Assembly: GCA_964016885.1 (NCBI GenBank)
Contig: OZ024740.1
Location: 219,852,001 to 219,916,000, forward strand
DNA from: Eledone cirrhosa
Taxonomy: Eukaryota
DNA: 64,000 bases
Direction of reading: 5' to 3'
Below the pieces are notes generated by a model. It was given only the letters and a program-made list of their open reading frames with translations. It searched no databases and had not been told where the DNA came from. This document shows, piece by piece, positions 43,165-56,213 of the stretch; position 1 is the stretch's first letter; each line of letters starts with the position of its first letter. The position numbers and the translations under genes were made by a program.

Positions 43165-44525
43165 TATTTACAGCTGTTACATTATCACAGAAGTTTACAG
43201 CTGTTACTATTATTTAATTGACTCAGCTAATTGCTATAGAGATGGTTTTAAATAATCTCACCACTCCTCTCGATGGCTACTGGAAAATAATCATAATCAC
43301 AATCTTTAACTATTTTCAAAAATAAGAATCAGAAGTTTCTAATAACAAAAACACTGCATCAATAAATCAATAAATAAATACAGCAACTCAGTTATTCATC
43401 AAAAGCTGGTTCTGCAGTGCAAAACTGTTTATTTTAAAGTGTTTATCATCATCATCACTATTTAATGTCCATTTCTCCATGCTATCATGGGCTAGATGAG
43501 TTTTCCCATTGTGAATCAAGCTAGATCAGTGTCTAGCTCATACAGAACTGAATCTTACTTGGTTTGCACGGCTGGATACCCTTTCCAATGCCAACTACAT
43601 TTACAGTGTCTACTGGGCACTTTTTGTTGTGTCATCTACATGACCACTTTACAGTGTCTACTGGGCACTTTTTGTCATGACATCTACACAACCATTTTAC
43701 AGTGTGAACTGGGCGCTTTTTGTTTATAATTATCTAAAAACATTCCTTCGTAATTTTATGTAAGACCTTTCCTTATGTTATGTTCCAAAATCCAGCTTAA
43801 TAATGATAAAGTTAGTCATTTTACTAAATTCATCAAATTCTTGATTATTTTCATAATTATATGGAAATCATAGGCAAAGTCTTTTAATAGAAATAGGGTA
43901 ATGAATGGGTTCAGATTTTATATCAAGAAAATAAATTCTATAATAATCTATTTAAAAAGAAAATCAAATAAAATATATTCTAGAGGATTAATAAATTACA
44001 GGTACATTAACAGTATTTTGTTATAAAATTATAGTACTATACAGTGGGATATTTCTATAGGTTTTTAGCCAACATTGTATCCTTATACAGTCAAGGCACA
44101 AGGCTTTGTGGTTAGAGAGCTTGGCTCACAATCGTAAAGTTATGGTTTCGATTCCCGGTGGTGTGCTGTGTCCTTGAGCAAGGCACTTTACTTTACATTG
44201 CTCCAGTCCACTCAACTGGCAAAAATGAGTTGTACTTGTAATTTGAAGGGCCAGCTTTGACACATTCTGTGTCATGCTGAATCTCCCTTGCTTGTTTAAT
44301 TTCGCAAGCAGGCTGTTCCATTGATCAGATCAACTGGAACACTTATCATAACCAACGGAGTGCTAGTCATGAAGAGACACATTTTCACATATACAGCATA
44401 TTTGTGGATAGAAAACAAGGCAACTGCTGACTAGTTTCAATTCTTATATTGGGATTTTATCAACAACCAAAATTTTATAGATTAATTTTGATTATTGTTA
44501 TTCTAGTGTGTGTGTATATATATAT

Positions 44526-44564
<39 letters not shown>

Positions 44565-44804
44565 TGCTGATGAGTAGGAATGAGTACTTAGTACTGAAGT
44601 AGACATTATTCTGGCTGAATTATAGCCGTAATAAACTCTTGTAGTGAGTATCCATTCCCATCTCCATCAGCGTTAAATATATATATATGTGTGTGTGTGT
44701 GTGTTAAGTATTTCCGTGGAAAAGGTAAAGGAAAAAAGAGTGCTCTATGTATAGTACAGAGCTATTAAATTATGTAATAAACAACAAAGATATCCAAAAT
44801 AAAG

Positions 44805-44877
44805 ATTCTATCTGATGAGTGATATCAGACGTATCTGTCAGAAACATCTAACTTCGCGAAACGTTGGGTAATGGAAT
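44805..44877 (+). ncRNA. Type-I hammerhead ribozyme
   Basis: Stem I ATTCTAT/ATGGAAT, CTGATGA (44812-44818), CGAAAC and a GUA triplet (44868-44870). Flanked by a perfect 17-bp inverted repeat; stem II is long and irregular. Confidence 0.7.
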
Positions 44878-45027
44878 AATTATATTATGTTGTTTATTAC
44901 ATAATATATATATATATATATACACATATATATATACACATATATATATATACACATATATATATACACATATATATATATACATATATATATATACACA
45001 TATATATATACACATATATATATATAC

Positions 45028-45060
<33 letters not shown>

Positions 45061-45187
45061 CATATATATATACATATATATATATATATAGATATATATA
45101 TATACATATACATATATATATACATATATATATATATAGTCTAGGGTGTATGTGTATAAATATTATATATACATATATATATATAGT

Positions 45188-46610
45188 TAACCGCCAATAG
45201 ATTCAAGCAGCGTCTTTACATGCATACCCATTCTTTTCTTAACCCTTTAAGAAGGAATATGACATCACTTTCAGCTTATATCTGGAGTCTAGAAGACAAC
45301 CACACCCAATATAAGTTACACTGGGAGATCGTAGCTAAGGCTAGATCGTATAACGGAAATAAAAGACTATGTGACCTCTGCGCCACTGAGGCCCTGGAAA
45401 TACTCTACGCCAAAGACCACATCTTAAACAAAAAATCTGAGGCAATTTTGGCTTGTAAACATAAATTGCACAAAACTTTCCTGTATTACAGCCCCACATT
45501 ATACCCTAACGGATAGTACGATCTATACGCGGATATTTTATGTCTTGATGTGGTAGCTAAGTATATGTTATGTTTATACCATTACTTATTTGTATAGGTA
45601 AGTATATATTACCTGTATGTTTTGTGAAGGTACGTATATTTTCTCGTACGTATATTTGCTTGTATATGTTATTGGCATATATATTATATATACTGGTACA
45701 TGTGCATTTGGTTATGTGATTACGGGAGTTTTGCGTCTGTGTGAGTATGCGGGTTCGTACGTATGTAGGGTGTGTGTATATGTGTACTTTGTGTTTTGGT
45801 TGACGTACGTCCGGGAACATATGTGTCTTTACATGTGGGTGTGTGTGTGTGCGTTGTATGCGTATTTATGTGTGTATATTTATATACGTTTATTTAATTA
45901 TGTATACACACACGTGTATATATATATGTTTTTATTTTTTTTTTTATGCGTATTTGGTGTATACGTTCGTATGTGTGCGGTACAGGCATTGCGTGGGTTC
46001 TGTATGTGTTTTGTTTTGGTTTTTTTTGTGTACGTGCTTGTATTTACATACTCATGGGGAGTGGTTTCACGTATGCTTGTGTATATACGTATATGGATGT
46101 GTGTATGTATATATTTAATTTCAATTACCTCTGTATTTTATTTACTTTATTCTTAACTCTGAAGCCGAGAATCATTTGGTTTCCTAAATAGAATTTTAGT
46201 CTACGACTTCAGTTATACCATTTACGTGGTTTTGTCTTTGTGCGTAATTGTTCTCATTGCTCCACATAATGACGTATTATCTTCGTTTTTTCCGTTCATT
46301 GTCAGAGAACGTCTCCATGAACCACCTAATAGAATATTAGTCTACGACTTCATTCATACCACAAACGTGGTTTTGTCTTTGCGTGTAATTGTTTTCACTG
46401 CACCAAATAATGATGTATTATCTTCGTTTTTTCCCGTTCTTTGCCAGGGAATGTTTCCACGAACCAAAAGTATCGTCTTCCTTCGGTTGCAACGTTTTTT
46501 GAAATATTTACTTCTGCGTTCACAGATTGACTTTTTTAGTTTCAGAAGATCCCGTTAAGGGTGAAAGCAGCGATTCTTTGCTTAAACTTTAATCTGTTAT
46601 TTTAATAAAT
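45188..46610 (+). mobile_element. Penelope-like (Naiad-type) 3' fragment: GIY-YIG C-terminal half plus 3' region
   Basis: [12 protein letters not shown]...TSLSAYIWSLED...WEIVAKARSY...CDLCATE...LNKKSE...CKH. Begins at a (TA)n tract; the 3' limit is inferred from a degenerate hammerhead near 46543. Confidence 0.8.
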
Positions 46611-47399
46611 ATTTGCTCTACGGTTCTTATATATCTGATGTATATTTATCCTTATCGAGCCTTCTTTGGATTTTAGTCTTCAAATTTATTATTATTACTA
46701 TATATATATAGTATTTATAAATTTAATGTTGATGGAGATGGGAATGAATACTCAGTACAAGAGTTTATTATGACTATAATTCAGCCATAATAATGTCTAC
46801 TTCAGTACTAAGTACTCATTCCCACGTTCATCAACGTCACACCCACATACAATTGCAGTGAAACTGAAGCTAAAAATATAACTCTAATTCAGTTCAGTAA
46901 TATGTACCAAATATGGCTAGGATTTCTGGCAGAAATATTTCCTGAATAAAACCTATCAGAAACAACTCCTTATTTATCAGAATTGCATATTCACAAATAT
47001 ATTGCTTATAAAACCCACTGTTAATAATGGTTTAAGTAAACTGTTTTTTTTCTTTCATATAAACACATTCATGGCAGTGATGTTTCATTCATTTCTTAAT
47101 CCTCTTGATACCAAACTTCCTGAAACCACCTGTTTCTATGATACTTTAAAATAAAGTTTTATATCTATCTAAAAATTTCCCATCATAATTTTATGTAAGA
47201 ACCTTTTATAAACACCAGCTTAATAATGAGAAAGTTAGATTACTAAATCTCTTCAAATTCTTAATTACTTTTAAAATTAATTGAAAATCATAGGCAATGT
47301 CTTTTTTTAGAAATGTGGTAATGAAAAGGTAAAAAAAATAATTACAATTTAAGTGAGACATAGAAGCAATTAGTAGAGTGTTAAAATAACAGTTCTCAC

Positions 47400-47558
47400 C
47401 TTTAATTTGAAACAACATAAGTGGTTTGTATGGCAAATAACGGTTGGATCCAGGAGATGGGTTCGAAATATCAGTTTTTCTTAGTTCTATTTTAGAAAAG
47501 TTCTCTTTGCTAGCTAGGCCAGCTAAAGCTGCTTCTGCAAATCCAGCATCTTTACTAA
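47400..47558 (-). CDS. SVIL: Supervillin exon (SKDAGFAEAALAGLASKENF...PYKPLMLFQIK)
   Basis: CAG acceptor, GTGAGA donor, phase 1-1, 159 nt; ALAGLASKENF motif. Confidence 0.95.
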
Positions 47559-48221
47559 CTGAAAACAAAATAATAATGATTAGAGGCTCATAGAATCTAT
47601 AGAAAACAATGGTAACATCATCATCATCGCTGTTTAACATTTATTTTTCATGCTTATATGGGTAAGAGAGGTTGTCACGTTATAAGACTAGATAGATCGA
47701 ATGACTGTCTCACACTATTATGTTCCATTCTGCTATAGTTTCTATGATTGGATGCCCCTCCTAATGTCAACTACTTCACAGCATGTACCAGGTGTGTTGC
47801 ATCATGACATCTCCACTACCACCTAACAATGTGGGCTGGGCGTTTTTTATCATGGCACCAGCATTACTACTTTATAGAATGGGATGGGGTGCAACAACCC
47901 AACAGTATGTAAATATCTTATAACAATATTATATATCAGCTATAATTATATATTATATATTTTCAACATGTCAGCCCTATACTCAGTTCTTATATAATTG
48001 GTCCATATATTTTATCATCCAACTCATTACTTTTTAATCTTAAAACACAATCTGTCACATATCCTTGTCAATATGTATTTTGTGTTATACAGTGCAGAAT
48101 TATCTTGTCATTATAAATTCCTATTTTTCATGTCTTTGCATAACTTTCTATTGATTTTCTCTTCTTTCTCTTGATCTCTCTCTCTAACACACATGTACAC
48201 ATACACTAGCACATGTATTAT

Positions 48222-48565
48222 GGAGGCACATGGTTTAGTGGTTAGAGCATTGGCCTTGCAATCGAAAGGTTGTGAGTTCAATTCTCGAACCAGGTGATGT
48301 GTTGTTTCCTTGAGCAAGACACTTTATTTCACATTGCTCCAGTTTACTCAGCTGTAGAAATGAGGTGATAGGACTGGGGTTCATATCATTCCACTGCAAA
48401 GTGGTCGTGGAGGTGCCACGGCAAAAAAGCACCCAGCACTCACTGTAAATGAGGTTGGTGTTAGGAAGGGCATCCAGCTGTAGAAATCAAGCCAGAATCA
48501 ATTCCCGTCCCACCCTTGCAAGCAGGGAAAAGCGGACGTAAAATGAAATAATGATGATGATGATG
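48222..48565 (+). mobile_element. SINE family B, full-length copy
   Basis: Near-identical to 41018-41364. Confidence 0.9.
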
Positions 48566-49860
48566 TACTCACATGCATGTGCAGTCAAACACATGCACAT
48601 ACACAATATGCACACACACACATGTACACACACACGTGCATGGACACACACACACACGTACATGTACACACACACAGCTTGACAATGCTAATACCATATT
48701 CATCTGGCACAATGTCTGATCAAAAATGTCTGCCCCATTTCAGTGTAAGTGTTTTTACTTTTTGGTATTTTACCACCATAAGCTACGATTACACATCATT
48801 TTTTGCATTTTCAAAAAATAGTTTGAGATAAAATATTTTTATCAGATTTGCTTTATTTCCTATGTTTGGCACTGTGCTTCACAAACTAAAACATACCAGC
48901 ATGTCTTTATCACAGAATGGGTCGAAGGTAAAAGACATGGCAGTATGTTTTCGCACTGAAAGAGTTAAGTCTTTTTTAGAGTTTATAACTGCTGCAATTG
49001 AATTACTACAGCAGATGTTTCCAACTATGTGCCATGACTGGGCCTCTGGATTATTGATATAATCCATCTGATAGGCTTTCACACAGTTTCTGCCTACCTA
49101 ATTTCATTCACAAGGCTTGGGTCAATCTGAAACTATAGTAAAGACAGATGCCACACAGTGGGATTGAACCCAGGACCTCATAGTTGGAAAGTGAAATTCT
49201 TAACTACTCATCCATGCAGTATGACCTTCCCAAAGTACAACAATGTAATTAAAGTAATAAATATATTTAATTATAGTAAAAGGGTTACATGAAACAACTT
49301 AAAATATTATTCTATTATTTCCTTTTAACTATAAATATTTAGGGAACCTGTTAGAAATAGTAGCCAAATCTCACTTGAATCACAGCTTAGTCTTAAAAAT
49401 AGATGATGGCTGGAACACCTTAGAACATAGCTTTGCTTGATAAGAGCTAACCTAGGGTTAAACAATAACAACATTTATACCCTTGAGTCACGGATAATTC
49501 CCCTCCCCCCGGGCACACTCTTATTACCCCCACCCACCTAGGCTAATCTATCTCTGGCGAAATTTTATTTTAAGTGGTAGCATTCCTGCGACAATTTTCT
49601 TTATATATTAAAGAACATTATACATTACAAAAAACGTACATTACTAGAAATCCCATACATTACAAAATAATTAGGATGGGTTGGAGTCTCAATATGTAAA
49701 CTAAACGATTAATTCTGGTTTTTATAAAATCAATGGAGACAGTCTAGAAAAATTACCAATTTTCCACCCCACCCCACTTATTCCAATTCCCCGTCTTATT
49801 CCAACACACCTTATTATTTGGGGGCCCAAGAGTAACTGTAATTATTCTTGTTATACTTAC

Positions 49861-50018
49861 TGATTTCTTTCTTTATTCTCTTCATTTCCATCTCAGCAAT
49901 ATTTGTTCTAAATTCTTGGTATTCTTTTTTTTCAAGATTTACTGAACGTGATTTTAAAGGATTCTTACTACGGGCTTGCACGTTCTTTTTAGGGCGGGCT
50001 TTCACATTGTGCATCAAT
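49861..50018 (-). CDS. SVIL: Supervillin exon (LMHNVKARPKKNVQARSKNPLK...)
   Basis: CAG acceptor, GTAAGT donor, phase 2-1, 158 nt; RPKxxVQxxxNPLK motif. Confidence 0.9.
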
Positions 50019-52162
50019 CTGCAAATAAACAAATAACAATAAAATACATCACCATCATCTTCATTGTTCAACTGCAGTAGCAGACAACAAAAACCCTCTT
50101 TGACCTATTTCAGCTTTCAGAATCAATTGCAATGTTGTGGTTGGGTAATTAGCCTTGACTATAGTAGCATTTAAATTTGAACTCAGAACACAAAGAGCTG
50201 TAACAGATACTTCAAAGCATCTCATTCATTGCTCTAACAATTCTGTTAATCCACTTTTCTGAACTAATGTTTTATTTTATTGACCCTGGCAGGATGAAAG
50301 GCAAAGTTGAACTTGGCATGATTTGAATTCAATGTAGAGAGCTGCAACAAATACCATGAGATATTCTATTTGATGCTCTAACAACCTTACCAGATTTGCT
50401 GCTTTATGTTACTAAATACATAGCTTAAATCCAATCCTTGTGTTTAGATTATAACATTTATTTATTATCATATTTTATATCAATGTTGGTGAACAACAGT
50501 ATTGTTGGGTAGAAGTTTCCAATGGACAAATCACTGATTCATTGCATGTATGACAACAAAAATTTAAGAGGAGTGATTGTAATGGTGCAGAACAAATATG
50601 ACATAGGATTTTATTTCAAGAGCAGTTTTTTGGCTGATATTTGCATCCTTACCCAATATGCATCAGTGAAAGACACATACTCCATGCCCACACATAAGTT
50701 TCCATCTACTAAATTCCCCCCACAAGTTATTGGTCAACCCAAACTATGATAGAATACACTTGTCAAAAGTTCCATACTGTGGGATCAAACCAGGAACCAC
50801 AAGGTTATGAACTGAACTTTTAAAAAGCACAACAGTTCTTGCACCCAACTGAGTAGTATCACTTTATATAAAAAAAATTACATGTGAAATATCGAAAGTT
50901 TAAAAAAGAAATTATTTCAGAGCTGTATATTTTTTACCAGTCTTAAGCTGCCATTTTTTAAAATTTGAAAGTAATGTTTTTTTTTTCTCTTCAGATTCAT
51001 TCACCACTTCTAGCATTGAAAGAAAAAAAACCCCACAATTTCATATTTCAAAAAACACCATAAGAGCAACAACAAAAATATATACAGTTCCAAACTAGTT
51101 TCTTCTATTAATCTTTTGATGAAGGGATTCTATCCCGAAGTATAAGGAACTATAAAGAACTGCAACACCATTGCTATGATACTTTTAACATTTACCATCC
51201 AATTCACATTGTAGGAACTTTCAAACAAAACACTGTTTTCTATGTTTATAATTATAAAATTAATTTACTGTATATATTTATGAGTTTTTTTTTACAACAC
51301 AGTAAATCAATAAACAAAAAAAAAACAGGCCCTATAAACCATATGTGACTTATCTGCCAGACCTTACTCTGGGTTTCAAATTCACAACATATTAAAACAC
51401 ACAAGGGCAAACACATACTGGCAACTTGTTGAGTATGCAGGAGGACTAGTCCTGTCATTCCTCAATCAAAATGAATATCAGTGTTGTAAATGAATATATA
51501 TTGATGACAACAGCTATAGAATGACTGCTTAACCCTTTAGTATTCACATTACTCTATATTTACTATTGTATTTTCACAGAAATGGCTTTATCTCACATAA
51601 TTATCCCACATAATATTGAAAATATGAGATTTTGATATTCATTTTGAGAACAATACTTTAACGTCAGTATGAGCAACTGATTATGACCGGTTAGAACAGA
51701 GAGAGGTAAGAGAATTCTGGCTGGATATGGCCAGTTTAAATACAGGATTTAATTCTGCTACAAAACAAATGTGTTTGTAATATCTGGACTTATGAATTTA
51801 TATATATATACTTTCCACATGTGCACAGTCTTCAATCAGCTATATGTAATCCTAATGCCCAATATTGTATATACAGTCAGTAAATCAGTAGTGATTTAAA
51901 AGCACTGGTTAATGTGTTTATTCCAGGCAGAGATCATAGAAATACTTTACTATGATATCTATGGTTCTAGAACTTTGCTAGACTGTATTAACTATGACTG
52001 GGATTATTTCAGCATTTATTTTTATTTAAACACAACCACAAGTGAAGTTGCAATATGTAACTTATATATGAGTTAAAGCTTAACGTAATAATATAAACAC
52101 AAAGGGAGTGTGACTATAACATGTATATGAGTATATATGATAGTAAAAATTAAATTACTTAC

Positions 52163-52343
52163 AAATTCTGTGAATCTTGAAATATTGCATCAAAGTCATC
52201 AATATTTAATTCTAAGGTCTCAGACGTATCTAGAACGTTGGTACTGCAACCAAAGAACTGATCAAGTCCTTCCGATGTCATATCAGGTAGGAGTACCACT
52301 GAGCTGGCACTCTTTTCATTTTCTTCTATGTCAATGTGTTTAT
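52163..52343 (-). CDS. SVIL: Supervillin exon (KHIDIEENEK...LDQFF...DDFDAIFQDSQN)
   Basis: CAG acceptor and GTAAGT donor, phase 1-2, 181 nt. The acidic LDxFF...DFDxIF segment resembles the supervillin pre-gelsolin region. Confidence 0.85.
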
Positions 52344-52609
52344 CTGGTAATAGGAATAAAAAATTATCAAGAAGAAACATAAAAACATTCAATAGTATGT
52401 CACAAAATCATGCCATCATCATCATTATTTTTACATACATTATTTCATCTAGGATGGGTTAGATGAGTCCTCTCCAGCACAGCTTGTCGTTTTCATTTGT
52501 TGTCTCCTTTGAAAGGTTCACCATGTTGAGAACTGCTTTCACCACTTTCACCTAAGTCTTCCTCTTCTGTGACTTCCTCCCACTCAGATCTCCAATCACT
52601 TCCTCTCTC

Positions 52610-52899
52610 AACAAAGAGGCGTACTTGGACCCCGTACTGTCGAGCTCCTCCGCAAGATCAGAGCATCGGCGGCCCATCTGAGGAGAGAGCCTTGCGAGGT
52701 TGGGTGGCTGTTGCAGCGGGTGTCACTGGCCATCATCCGGGAGAATGCTTTCGCCGTCTTGTCAGCAGGGCACAGCACTTCTACCCTCTTGCCCTTTCTT
52801 TCTCTTTTTTTTTCTATATTTCCCAATTCTTTCTTTCCCTTTGCCCCCCCCCCTCTTTTTTTCTTACTAAATTTTATTTTTAAAATATACAATAAATAA
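52610..52899 (+). mobile_element. CRE-like (RLE) retrotransposon 3' fragment nested in an RTE remnant
   Basis: GVLGPRTVELLRKI...REPCEVGWLLQRVSLAIIRENAFAVL resembles the CRE C-terminal QRLSxAIxRGNA motif. GC-rich island with minus-strand RTE remnants on both sides. Confidence 0.7.
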
Positions 52900-53271
52900 T
52901 TCTCAATACACATTATATGTCTCAACCAGTGCAATCTTCTCTCTTGCACACAAAATCTGGTTCTTCTTATACTAAGTTTTTTTTCCCCCAGTTAATCTGT
53001 GCTTTATATTTCGTGCATACTAATAATCATTACACATTCAGGAGAGCCTGCATGCTTCATTTCTTTCCAGACTTCACATATGCTCAGCAATCAATGCCCA
53101 TATCTTACTATCATGCAATGCATATAGTTCAGAATACGTACAAAGAATATATTGAGAAAAAAAAAGTATCAATGATTTTTAAGATATGTATATAATTTTG
53201 TATAGATTGTAATTGTTAACTTTATAATCCACAGATTATCAAAGACATTCTTAAAATTCAAGAGCCATGTA

Positions 53272-53730
53272 AATAATAATAATAATAATAATGAAATTAT
53301 TGTATATAGTGCTCATCAAAGGTGCATGTATAGTACACAGAATAATGTACAAATGTCATGAAAATGAACAGTGTATGAGTCATGATATACATGTGTGCGT
53401 GTGTATGGAGGGGATATCAGGTGTAGTGTTGGCAAATTTCAGGAAGCATGGAGGTTTTAAAGGATGCAGTGTCTCGGCAGCTAACAATTGATGCAGGTAG
53501 TTTGTTCCATGCTTCAACAACTCTGAGCATGAAAAAATGTTTCTGAAAGTCATGAGAGCTGTGCTGTTTTCTGACTTTGTGTAGCACAGAATTAAAAGCT
53601 TTAGCAAAGTCAAAGTAAACAACATCCACCCATGAGCCACCATCAGTTATCCAGGTGATGTCTTCAAGAAACTCGATAAGTTGATCACAGCAGCTGGAGT
53701 TAGGGATAAATCCAAATTGTGAGGGCCGTA
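53272..53730 (-). mobile_element. CR1-like LINE deletion derivative
   Basis: QFGF...VDVVYFDFAKAFNSV is joined to FF.RVVEAWNKLP...V...FK; (ATT)n tail. Confidence 0.85.
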
Positions 53731-54516
53731 TAATCAAGTAATATATAACAAATATGTCTAAATGAATTTTATCAAAAAAAATAAATAAATAAAGTATAAA
53801 GGAGAAGACATATGCACTGTTAATCATTTTATCTAAAATGGTATAATATTAAATGATTAATTTAATATTAATTAAATAATTACTAATTTACTAAGTTTGG
53901 AACAGTCAAGCACTTTCACAAGTATCAGGTAATGTTTATGAGAGTACTTAGCTGCTCCAGTATCTCAGTATTGCTTTGGAAATCTTTACAGGGCAACACA
54001 AAAATTTCCTTTTATGGTGTGTAATTGGAGGAGTGTGTGTATCTATTCTCCTTTACTTTCAGATTCATTCTTATCTTTTTTCTATAACAAAATTGTGCAT
54101 TTATTTCTAAGATAAAATTACATAAAACTAATAAAAACATTCTAATATTCAGTCAAACATATAGAAAAGGAAAGTACCATTGCAAAAAACTATAAATGAG
54201 AGAAAAAGGACAAAAGAAAAATGTCCATTCATTTTGTCTAATAAAATTTAGTGAGTATAATATTTTTAAAAACTTTACATATTAATCAGATCATATCTTC
54301 ACTACAATTTCTCAATCATTTCTTTAACAGTTTTAGTTCCATAGAGCAAACTAGTTCTACCATAATATCACCTTAATTAGCATACTACACTACAATCCTG
54401 GTAACAATAAGTAAAACCCTAGTAAAGTCCTATCATTGTCATCTGCTCAACCATATTCCTGTTCCTTCCCTTTGCCTATAATTATTGTTCTTTTATTCAT
54501 TCATTTACACACACAC

Positions 54517-54558
<42 letters not shown>

Positions 54559-55097
54559 GATATATATATATATTTCAGGTAGACGCGCTCCATCATCCAC
54601 TTTTCTAAAAAATAAATCATACACAAAACGCCAGCACCAACAGTTTTGCAAGAGATGTCAACATGAATGGACCTGTTATTTTTATCTAAAGACATTTTTT
54701 CAAATTCCAACGCGCCCGTCCCCTCAATCTATCTTATTTCTCATTCTTTCTTCTATTGAAGGAGTAGCGTCCGAAACGTTAAGACCCTCTTCCTGCTATA
54801 TCAAACGTTAACCTAATATATCCTTTCCATATACTGTACCGATTGTGTTGTTATTTCTGTTTACCTTTTACATATATATATATATATGTATATATGTGTG
54901 TGTGTAAATGAATGAATAAAAGAACAATAATTATATGCAAGAATCAGTTCCCGTCCCACCCTTGCAAGCAGGGAAAAAGCGGATGTAAAATGAAAAAAAA
55001 AAAAACACATCACCCGGTCTGAAAATTGAACTCACAACCTTTCGATTGCAAGGCCAATAACCACTAAGCCATGTGCCTCCATATATATATATATATT

Positions 55098-56069
55098 TTG
55101 AGTATATGTTGGTTGTTTACCTCAGTATGCAGATTGGAGCACTCGACGAAGTGCGCAGGTTGGTTTGGTTACTCCGGAGTAATGTAAAATAAAATAAATA
55201 AGTCAAATTTTTAAAATTTGGCTTCGTTTATTACTGCTATATATATTTCGGTGACAGCCATCTTTGGCTGTGACCTCTTCAGACAGTCCGAATTGGTGTG
55301 GTAGAGACGGGTACACATGTTGTTGAGGTGTTTAACTCCGTCAATACTCCGATATGCCCAGTTCCTGGTTGGGTTGTTATTTCTCTGAGGAACTGGAATC
55401 ATATGAATTCGAACAAACGAGCGTCAAAGGACACCCTCTCCTCCCATTGGTCAGTTGTGAGAACATTCCTCAGTCAAAAGTCTATAGAAATTCTCTCTGA
55501 GGTGAGGCAATCTGTAGTGGTTGTTTTTGTTATTGTTAAGTACAGCTGACCTCCTCCCTTATGTTGGTAGTGGTGTTGGGGTCAGCTTAAGTCCGGCTTC
55601 TGCTATTTTTAGAAGAGTTTGTGTGTGTTGGCATCTATCCTGCCACCATTTCTCGGGGGGGGGGGGGGCAAGCAGATGAAGAAATAAGATAAAGTAAAAT
55701 GGGGAAATAAAAGGCAATAAAATGAAGAAAATAAAAAATAAAAAAAATGAAGAGAAAAATAAAATGAAATGAAAAGGTAAAAAACTAAAAAATAAAAGAA
55801 TAAAATAAGGAAATAAAAAAGTAAAATAAAATAAAATAAAATAAAATAAGAAATTAAATAAACAAAAAATGATAAAATAGTAAAAGGAATAAGATAATAA
55901 AAGAATAAAATAAGATAATCAAATAAAATGCGTGTGTGTTATAACCAATCTCAAAGTTTGAAAGATTTGGAAGATATTGATCGAAGTATAGAGGTTGTGT
56001 GTTATCAAAAAGTGCAAAGGATCACAATCTTTACACTATCATGGTGTGGTGTGTTTTAAGAGAAAATGA

Positions 56070-56072
<3 letters not shown>
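55098..56072 (-). mobile_element. Probable Penelope-like 3' end or non-coding hammerhead element between two (TA)n tracts
   Basis: Contains an intact hammerhead and an A-rich tract like that of the PLE at 260-2296; a second copy lies at 6107-6450. No coding remnant recognised. Confidence 0.55.
55233..55287 (-). ncRNA. Minimal type-I hammerhead ribozyme, sense to the supervillin intron
   Basis: Minus strand reads ACTGT-CTGAAGA-GGTcACAGCCA-AAGA-TGGCTGTcACC-GAAA-TATAT-ATA-GCAGT. All core nucleotides, stems I and II, and a palindromic stem III are present. Confidence 0.88.
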
Positions 56073-56146
<74 letters not shown>

Positions 56147-56213
56147 CTTTGATAGGTTTCAGCCAGTATCTGCCCAGGCCATGTCTAACTTAATAACACC
56201 ACCTGGCTAATAT

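Noticed and set aside
29196-55287. Hypothesis that all hammerheads within supervillin are antisense because of selection
   Set aside because: The intact hammerhead at 55233-55287 is in sense orientation.
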